From the IMG/VR virus record IMGVR_UViG_3300050821_002957, positions 341,632-405,631 of that record: 64,000 bases of DNA. The stretch is one strand, 5' to 3'. A program made the position numbers and the translations under genes. This document shows, in pieces, positions 57,212 to 64,000 of the stretch. The notes below the pieces were generated by a model. It saw nothing but the letters and a program-made list of their open reading frames with translations. It had not been told where the DNA came from and did no database searches. The number at the start of each line of letters is the position of its first letter. Position 1 is the stretch's first letter.

Positions 57212-57793
57212 ATGAAGGTAATTCGGATCACCAGAGGCGTTCCTCGTTTCAACATTCAGATTGGGCCTGTCAGCCAAGCGCTCAATCACAACCCGACGTG
57301 TATTCTTTCGGTCACGGATTATTACGAAACGGCGATTGCTCAATTTCCAAATTACCACTGGATTCCTGTCAATGAAGTCTCCCAAAGCTGGGGCTACTTA
57401 CCGTTTTATGCAGCCAAACGAATTCTTGATTTTCATTGCCTGGATCTTGGTGAACCATTAATGTTCGTCGGATGCACGGCTGGAAAACATCGTTCTCCGA
57501 TGATGGCATTCTGCTGGTTAATGTCGTTGCCTTCAGCGGCATTAGATGGCCCACCAGAAAAATTTGGCGGCGCTTCCCCGGAAACTGTCGGCAAGGAATT
57601 TTATGGTTCGTTCAAAGATGGAATCGAAGACGGCAATCTCGTCAAAAAATATTATCAGGACGTAAAGCTCGGTTACATTCCTGATCGTCTACCAGAAATG
57701 TATCAACTTATGCGGCAATTACCATCGGCTTCGTACCGAGACATCATGCACAACATGTGCCTGTTGGAACGAATCACATACCCGGAAACTTAA
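57212..57793 (+). CDS. Cys-based (PTP/DSP-like) phosphatase
   Basis: CX5R motif VGCTAGKHRSP. Confidence 0.6.
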   Translation: MKVIRITRGVPRFNIQIGPVSQALNHNPTCILSVTDYYETAIAQFPNYHWIPVNEVSQSWGYLPFYAAKRILDFHCLDLGEPLMFVGCTAGKHRSPMMAFCWLMSLPSAALDGPPEKFGGASPETVGKEFYGSFKDGIEDGNLVKKYYQDVKLGYIPDRLPEMYQLMRQLPSASYRDIMHNMCLLERITYPET

Positions 57794-58060
57794 ATGCAGC
57801 TTGTAGACTTAGGGACGACTGTTGTGCTCGACGCACACAACATGTACGAAGGAATGAACGTCGAATTGGTGGACGCAAATGGAAGGAAAAAAATGTTCGC
57901 AATTTCCAAAATTGTCGATAATAGCCAAATCATTTTGCGTCCAATTGTCGGCTGGGAACGTTTTATGGTCTGGGTATCCGACCACATAGTTCTAGCCGCA
58001 TTATCTTTTGCATTTCCGATCATTTGTGTTATAATAACCGTTCTGTTCTGGAAAAGGTAA
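57794..58060 (+). CDS. Membrane-anchored hypothetical protein
   Basis: C-terminal TM segment. Confidence 0.5.
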   Translation: MQLVDLGTTVVLDAHNMYEGMNVELVDANGRKKMFAISKIVDNSQIILRPIVGWERFMVWVSDHIVLAALSFAFPIICVIITVLFWKR

Positions 58061-58072
58061 AACGTACCGCTA

Positions 58073-58705
58073 ATGAAATGGCATCAACATCAATTAGAAA
58101 CTCGGGACTCCTTAACCGAGTATTTTACACGTTATCTTTCGAGGGAGTTGAAGAAAATCAATCCGGCATTTCAGTTCATGCGGATTGAAACCCCAATTCT
58201 ACTTCCGTTCATTGCAGACAAAGGAAAACTTCAGACCGTTCAGATTCGTCTCGACAACGAAGAACTTGCACTACGGCAAAACACGGTCACCGGAGCCTAC
58301 GAAGCAAGCAAAGATATTCTCTCTGGAAAAGTTGGACCGAAACAACGACTCCCCATTGTCGTCTGGCAGCATGGAAAAGTTTTTGAAAAATTGAACGGCA
58401 ATCTCCAAGAACATTATCACTTGGAATATCAAATTCTTTTTTCAAAAACCACCGGAATGCCATACGATCCAGTCATCGCTCAGGCGTGCGGCAACATGGT
58501 TCACAAACAGTGCGGCCCAATCAATGAAGATGCAAAACCAGAATCCTATCATGCATACGTCGAAGATAATAAGGATCTCCTGATTTCGATGCGCCAACGT
58601 GACGATTTTTGGGCCGGTAAAAACATTGAAGTGATTTTGCACATGGATCAATGTACGTTGGCGGCGATTCGACACGAAAAAACGTTAGCCTCACATCGCT
58701 CTTGA
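58073..58705 (+). CDS. Class II aminoacyl-tRNA synthetase (GlyRS)-like core, degenerate
   Basis: IETPILLP, LALRQNT, LPIVVWQHGKVF, HLEYQ. Confidence 0.6.
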   Translation: MKWHQHQLETRDSLTEYFTRYLSRELKKINPAFQFMRIETPILLPFIADKGKLQTVQIRLDNEELALRQNTVTGAYEASKDILSGKVGPKQRLPIVVWQHGKVFEKLNGNLQEHYHLEYQILFSKTTGMPYDPVIAQACGNMVHKQCGPINEDAKPESYHAYVEDNKDLLISMRQRDDFWAGKNIEVILHMDQCTLAAIRHEKTLASHRS

Positions 58706-58755
58706 CATCCAAAGCACAGCGGTGTTAAAGTAGGTACGTCTACTATAGGAGAAAT

Positions 58756-59430
58756 ATGGCAACTTTCAAAACAGATATTTGGAATCGTATGGGCCGGTAC
58801 AATAACATCGGCGACGACATCTCGACAAACGTCTTCAATCTGGTTATTACATTCACCGTGATGTTTGGGTTAGCCCTTTACGGTGTTCTGGCGGATACTT
58901 TCTCGACCACGAAATTCGGCTTCTGGACTTCGATCTTAATCCTGATTGGAACTTTTGGCGGCTGTTTTTTTGCAGCGATGGATTTTACACCTGCGAAACT
59001 CGTCGGATTGAGCTTGATCGCAGGTGGTCTCGGTACGCTATCGGGATCGTTTTATCACCAATTCACTAAAGGTTCCATTCTGAATGTCATCGTAATGGTC
59101 GCCGCTATTACAACGATATTAGGTGCAATCGGAACTCTTATCCCCCGAAGCCTTGCCAACTGGGGAAGTACATTGCTTACGCTTCTGACAGCATTAATCA
59201 TCGGTCAATTGGTGTGTGTTCTCTTTCTGCCTACGTATCAAGCACACACATTTCTGGACTGGTGTGGTGTTCTGCTCTTTAGTGCCTACATCGTCTTCGA
59301 TTTTAACCGTGCTCAATACGTCGAGAAGACAGTCGATAATGCTATGGACTGCGGCATCAGCATCTTCCTGGACATTGCCAATCTGCTTATCTACTTGATG
59401 GAACTCTTCGGACAAAAAGACAATGACTAG
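58756..59430 (+). CDS. Bax inhibitor-1/YccA family membrane protein
   Basis: About 7 TMs; LFSAYIVFDF, SIFLDIANL. Confidence 0.8.
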   Translation: MATFKTDIWNRMGRYNNIGDDISTNVFNLVITFTVMFGLALYGVLADTFSTTKFGFWTSILILIGTFGGCFFAAMDFTPAKLVGLSLIAGGLGTLSGSFYHQFTKGSILNVIVMVAAITTILGAIGTLIPRSLANWGSTLLTLLTALIIGQLVCVLFLPTYQAHTFLDWCGVLLFSAYIVFDFNRAQYVEKTVDNAMDCGISIFLDIANLLIYLMELFGQKDND

Positions 59431-59707
59431 TCATCATGCGCCGCCGATCCGGGCAACTTTGACGATGGCTGTAAACGAGAAGCCACCGGAGCTTCTTGCT
59501 ACATCGACGATTAGCGATATTTCGTTGACAGAGCACGCCAATACGTCGGTCAAGGCATTGGCGATTGTCGGCTTCCGGGGATCGGTGACATTTCAGGCTA
59601 CAAAAAACGACGGCAACATGATCTGGGGCGCAGTGGTGTCTTTCACTGATGACCTACCAACCGGCACATGGTTGAATACTCATACTGCATTGAAAGGGAA
59701 AGAATGA
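59423..59707 (+). CDS. Hypothetical protein
   Basis: Operonic ORF. Confidence 0.45.
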   Translation: MTSHHAPPIRATLTMAVNEKPPELLATSTISDISLTEHANTSVKALAIVGFRGSVTFQATKNDGNMIWGAVVSFTDDLPTGTWLNTHTALKGKE

Positions 59708-60939
59708 CCTTCAACGATACACTCAAGTACAAACTCGCCGTTTTTAGTTATCCAAATCGAGCCGCCGTCCTGGATCATCTATTCTGCGTCAACGGCAATG
59801 GTTATGAATTTGACGAGACCGGAGAAATGGTCGAACGTGGTGGCAGCAGTGGAAGTACTTTAAACGAACTCGTTGCCATCGAACATTGGGTCGGTGCAGG
59901 CAAACACAAAAAGCCGATTGATGACATGGAAGAAATACCGAAAGAACTTCGTCGTCACTTTCTTTCTATCACTGTTCCGGCTGACATCGAAGAGCGTCTG
60001 GACCGAGTGAACTATGATCATTGGTATCCGATGTCGGTAGGTTACAATTCTCTTGAAAAATTGCCTGATAACATTCCGGCAGATTGGCTTAACGCCGCTT
60101 GGGAATGCGCTAACCTGATCATTCTTACTCCACTCGACATCAACTTGGAGAAAGAAGCCAAATCGACCAGCTACCAGTTCCTTGACATGCCGATCTTCGA
60201 CAAAGATGGATACAAAGTCATCGGTCGTGAGAAAAACACTCCTGCGGAAGCTCTAAAAAAGGCACGGAAAAGTGTCATTGAAACTCGACATCGTGTCTTC
60301 AACATCGCTGACCAAGCGCTGAAACGCATGAAAGAGCAATTTCCGAATCATAAGTTCGAGCGCAATCCGACTCCGACATTTGATGCAACCCGTAAGATGC
60401 CGAAACAGGGAATCGTTCCGTGGCCGCTGGATGAATCACCGGCTGATATTGATCTCTGCATCGAACCATTCAAGAAGGCTCTCAAGTTTGCCTATTCAAT
60501 GCGCCGACGCAACCAGACGAAAGACATTCCGTATCATGGCCTGCCTCTTGGTCGTGACGAACGTGCCTGTTCCTTTTCACCAGAGCATCGTTTCGTAGTC
60601 GAGCAAATGGACTACGACAAATACGATCAAGGCCGAGATGCTCTTGAAGTAATCCTGTGCTGCATGGCCCAAATTTGCATCGAACAGGGACGCCGGGACG
60701 CCAAGAAGAAAATCATGGAACCACTCAATCGTCATTTCGAGATGGAAAAATTCCGCAAGATAGCAGACGAACGTGCCAAGACGGATCTCGTTTTTGCCGC
60801 TCGTCTACGAATCGTCGATCAGATGCAAGCTGGCGAACAAATCACCATCAACGACAACGATCCAAATGAAGTCCAGGCTCTCAAAGAACTTCGTGAGGGT
60901 ATGGCGAGAATGACGGCAGACTTGGATGTTAATGCATGA
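59704..60939 (+). CDS. Hypothetical protein
   Basis: Long ORF; VLDHLFCVNGNGY. Confidence 0.65.
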   Translation: MTFNDTLKYKLAVFSYPNRAAVLDHLFCVNGNGYEFDETGEMVERGGSSGSTLNELVAIEHWVGAGKHKKPIDDMEEIPKELRRHFLSITVPADIEERLDRVNYDHWYPMSVGYNSLEKLPDNIPADWLNAAWECANLIILTPLDINLEKEAKSTSYQFLDMPIFDKDGYKVIGREKNTPAEALKKARKSVIETRHRVFNIADQALKRMKEQFPNHKFERNPTPTFDATRKMPKQGIVPWPLDESPADIDLCIEPFKKALKFAYSMRRRNQTKDIPYHGLPLGRDERACSFSPEHRFVVEQMDYDKYDQGRDALEVILCCMAQICIEQGRRDAKKKIMEPLNRHFEMEKFRKIADERAKTDLVFAARLRIVDQMQAGEQITINDNDPNEVQALKELREGMARMTADLDVNA

Positions 60940-61358
60940 CCTATCCTGAACTGGTTGCACAACTCGATTCATTGTTGACAATTGACACACCCAATGAAAT
61001 CGCAATCATCAATGCTCGATTTGTGATTGAATTCATGAAAGACAATCTTGAAGCCAATCGAGTGGTTGCAAGTTCTGAAGTCGGCATCGGCATCGTTTGG
61101 GAAAGTGAATTCAATAAAGGCCACTATGCTACCATTGAGTGTGCCAATACCGGAATGGTCACTGGCCTTACTCATGATCGAAACATAGCCGATTGCAATG
61201 ATCCAGCGTTCATGAAATTTTGGTGGATCTCCGAATTTAATTTGGATCACGGCATAATCGGTGTTGATCGCCCGGACGAACACGATCTACAACTCAGTCT
61301 CATTGAATCTCTGGAGTACATTCGCCATTACATCTGGGCGAATCATGATATAGTATGA
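60936..61358 (+). CDS. Hypothetical protein
   Basis: Operonic ORF. Confidence 0.5.
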   Translation: MTYPELVAQLDSLLTIDTPNEIAIINARFVIEFMKDNLEANRVVASSEVGIGIVWESEFNKGHYATIECANTGMVTGLTHDRNIADCNDPAFMKFWWISEFNLDHGIIGVDRPDEHDLQLSLIESLEYIRHYIWANHDIV

Positions 61359-61795
61359 CCTTACCCACACAAGAAACAGTTTACGGTTACATCGATGGCT
61401 ATCATTGGTTGTCGAACAGGATCAGAAAAGTTGGGTGTGTTGTTGCAGACATCCGCAAAGCAATGTACAAGCATCAGGCGGAAAGTTGCTACGAAGATTA
61501 TCAGATCGAAGCCGAAGAAGTAACAGCACACTTTTCAGAATCATGCTGTAGTTGTTGCTCGAACGAAGAACATTATGTCGGCTTTCCCGTATCATATCTC
61601 TGGACTGAGAATTACGCAGAGATAGAGACTGAAGCACACGCCGAACGACTGGCAAAGGCCGAACGTGATGCAGCAGCAAAAAAGAAACGAGATGAAGCCG
61701 CCGAAGTACGAAAGAAGGAACAAAAAGATTTGGCCGACTTCAAAAGACTGAAAGAGAAGTTTAAGGATCTTCCAAATGACACTCAACCATCATGA
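61355..61795 (+). CDS. Hypothetical protein with coiled-coil tail
   Basis: Operonic ORF; ends FKRLKEKF. Confidence 0.55.
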   Translation: MTLPTQETVYGYIDGYHWLSNRIRKVGCVVADIRKAMYKHQAESCYEDYQIEAEEVTAHFSESCCSCCSNEEHYVGFPVSYLWTENYAEIETEAHAERLAKAERDAAAKKKRDEAAEVRKKEQKDLADFKRLKEKFKDLPNDTQPS

Positions 61796-62051
61796 AATGG
61801 ATTTTCGACTCACGATCAAAGAGATTGGTATTTGGTTAGTTGCGCTTCGGATGGCAGCAAAACAACATGGAGTATCTGTGCCTTGGGATGCTAATCCATT
61901 CTTACAGCAGCATAAAGAACTCGTGCGATTAACCGGCTATGGCACAGCAGACCATGAAGAGTTATATGCCTTTCTCGAAAAAAAGGCCAAGGAACAAGGA
62001 ATCAGTTCAATGAAAGAGTTAACCGATGCCACTAAGAAACTGGATCGTTAG
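61776..62051 (+). CDS. Hypothetical protein
   Basis: Operonic ORF. Confidence 0.45.
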   Translation: MTLNHHEMDFRLTIKEIGIWLVALRMAAKQHGVSVPWDANPFLQQHKELVRLTGYGTADHEELYAFLEKKAKEQGISSMKELTDATKKLDR

Positions 62052-62052
62052 T

Positions 62053-62349
62053 ATGCTTCAAGACATAAAATCTCTGTTCTTGATTCAGCACGGCTGGCGA
62101 GAAGTAATGTCCGATGGTACTGTCACATGTTGGCTCTCTCCCCCGGTGTGCTGCCAGACACCCCTTTATTTCGCATTAGACGACGCCTACGCTCTTGAGA
62201 CGGTCGGAGAGGGTATCCACGCTTACGCTGCACAACAGGCTCTTATAGAGACGCTACAGGCCGAAGATGCACGACTTGAGGACGAAAAAGAAGCAAGAGC
62301 CTTTCAACTCGTTCAAAACAATGGAAAAAATCCATTGCCCATACTGTAA
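62053..62349 (+). CDS. Hypothetical protein
   Basis: Operonic ORF. Confidence 0.45.
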   Translation: MLQDIKSLFLIQHGWREVMSDGTVTCWLSPPVCCQTPLYFALDDAYALETVGEGIHAYAAQQALIETLQAEDARLEDEKEARAFQLVQNNGKNPLPIL

Positions 62350-62418
62350 CTACTTCATGCGGCCCATAAAAGTAAATGCATCTTGACTTTGATACATCGA
62401 AGATGATATTCTTGATTC

Positions 62419-63435
62419 ATGAAATCGTTCAGCGAGTCTTTTAGCTTTGAATCCTACAGCATTCTGACCAAACGAGGATTGGAGCCGTCCGAATATCAAA
62501 AGCTCTTCGCCGACTTGCTCATTCCGGCTTTTGGTACGTTCTTTTTTGAACTAGTCGAAGCTGGCCGGATCGTTCCTGCGGACACATTGGGCCGGGAAAT
62601 CCGTCTGATTGCATATTGGAATCGGGCAGTCACAAAGGACGAGTATTACGAACATTCGATCCATGACATCGCCTGGAAAATTCTGCATCATCCGATGTTC
62701 ATGAGTGGTATGCTTTTCGAGAAAGAAGAAAATGGCCTGAAAAAGGGCTATGATCTCTTCATCAGCCAAATGGACGCAGGCAACATTCCGTTTACATCGT
62801 CAGACAACGAAGACAACATCACTGGCGAAAATTTTCAATTAGAGATCAAGAATTGGGTGCCGATGTTCTACCAATACGGCAAAGGAACTGAACATGTTCC
62901 AGCTACTCAATTGGCTCCGGTGAATCCCATCGATACTGTCGAAGTGAAGTTTGAATCCGGCGAAGTTTTGGTTGCCGACTGGTTCCGCATCGACGAATTC
63001 ACCAGCAAAACTAAGAATGACGCCAGCATCAACAACGACCGTGGCATTCGGGAAGCGGTCAACCACTATGCGGCGCTTGGGTTTGTTTCGGTCTTCGTCG
63101 GTAATTCCTGTCCGAACGTCTGGAAGCGTGGCAATACCGTCATCGTTGGTCGCTCTGCGGATTGTGACGTTGACATCGAGAATGGTCAGGAAATGTCAGT
63201 CTGCACCGATTTGTGGTGGGTCACGATGATCGACCGCAAGCAACTGGAGCGCATGGTCGGCGTGGAAATCGCTGCAAAGTACATCGCCGATCACGACACG
63301 GACATTCTTAACCTGGAGCCAGGAACCTACACTGTCTCGTACACCCCAAAATACCACAATTTTGGCGATCATTTCAAATCGGAATCATTCGACATGACCG
63401 GAATTGAAGCATTCTTCGCCCTTGAGAAAAAGTAG
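62419..63435 (+). CDS. Hypothetical protein
   Basis: VFVGNSCP, VCTDLWW; follows TTGACT-18-TATTCT-6-ATG. Confidence 0.65.
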   Translation: MKSFSESFSFESYSILTKRGLEPSEYQKLFADLLIPAFGTFFFELVEAGRIVPADTLGREIRLIAYWNRAVTKDEYYEHSIHDIAWKILHHPMFMSGMLFEKEENGLKKGYDLFISQMDAGNIPFTSSDNEDNITGENFQLEIKNWVPMFYQYGKGTEHVPATQLAPVNPIDTVEVKFESGEVLVADWFRIDEFTSKTKNDASINNDRGIREAVNHYAALGFVSVFVGNSCPNVWKRGNTVIVGRSADCDVDIENGQEMSVCTDLWWVTMIDRKQLERMVGVEIAAKYIADHDTDILNLEPGTYTVSYTPKYHNFGDHFKSESFDMTGIEAFFALEKK

Positions 63436-63479
63436 ATACATCTATTGACTTCCAATTTGAAAGTTGGTAAGATGTATTC
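63433..63479 (+). promoter_or_regulatory. Leaderless sigma70-type promoter with palindrome
   Basis: TAGATACATCTA, then TTGACT-17-TAAGAT-6-ATG. Confidence 0.75.
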
Positions 63480-63986
63480 ATGAGCGAACAACTACAGAAC
63501 GAAGACGTAAAACTCACTGAAGCCCGGTCATTGGCTTTCATGTTGGCAGGCAATGCCACGGTTACTTTACGAAGCGTCAGAACCGGCACTCGTTACACGT
63601 TCAAGATCCAAAAGGCAAAACCCAGCAAAGATCCGCTCAAGCCGAAGCAACCGGACACTTGGTTCGTGAATCTGTTGACTGGTCCCAACAATGAGGCCGA
63701 CTATCGCTACATGGGCATGATTCGCAATGGTGTCTTCAATGTCGCCTTCACGTACAAGGATCGTAATTCAGGTCTTCGCAAACCGACCGGCTTTACTGTC
63801 ACGACGCCTTCGGTAGTTGCTTTCATGTGGACACTCCGCAAGCTGAACGAAGCAGCGACCAACTTCGGCGTCGAAATATTTCACTCTGGCACCTGCGGTC
63901 GCTGCGGACGTAAGCTGACGGTGCCTGAGAGCATCGAGACTGGTCTAGGACCGGAATGCGCTGAGAAAGGTTTTGGTGGTTTCTAG
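63480..63986 (+). CDS. DUF6011-like Zn-finger protein
   Basis: AGNATVTL, LTGPNN, CGRCGRKLTVPESIETGLGPEC. Confidence 0.75.
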   Translation: MSEQLQNEDVKLTEARSLAFMLAGNATVTLRSVRTGTRYTFKIQKAKPSKDPLKPKQPDTWFVNLLTGPNNEADYRYMGMIRNGVFNVAFTYKDRNSGLRKPTGFTVTTPSVVAFMWTLRKLNEAATNFGVEIFHSGTCGRCGRKLTVPESIETGLGPECAEKGFGGF

Positions 63987-64000
63987 TAGATACATCTATT

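Noticed and set aside
62419-62451. MKSFSESF as a capsid-targeting sequence
   Set aside because: The gene sits behind a sigma70-type promoter rather than a late motif, and the match is loose.
1-64000. Stop-codon reassignment, introns or inteins
   Set aside because: Core genes are intact in code 11 and use all three stop codons; gp43, gp41, nrdJ and thyX show no intervening sequences.

Overview
A 64-kb segment of a large lytic T4-like (Tevenvirinae-related) phage genome in the standard genetic code, mostly on the + strand. It carries the T4-type replication core (gp45, gp44/62, RegA, gp43, UvsX, gp41, gp61, RNase H, a RuvC-like resolvase), nucleotide metabolism genes (ThyX, class II RNR, deoxyribonucleotidase) and a block of probable late/virion genes at about 28-36 kb. 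Highlights: (1) a dispersed five-enzyme NAD(P)+ regeneration set (NadM-like/Nudix, CinA-like/NMNAT, NAMPT, canonical PRPP synthetase, NAD kinase) that goes beyond the described NARP1/NARP2 pathways; (2) an Acb1-like 2H phosphodiesterase fused to a ParB-like domain, with a T4-type capsid-targeting N-terminus; (3) a late-expressed JAB/JAMM protease; (4) an apparent -1 frameshift at A-AAA-AAG; (5) sigma70-type and late (CTAAATA) promoters spaced to give leaderless mRNAs, several overlapped by a TAGATRYATCTA palindrome; (6) several apparent pseudo-enzymes and a candidate structured ncRNA. All calls rest on motif recognition by eye; no searches were run.
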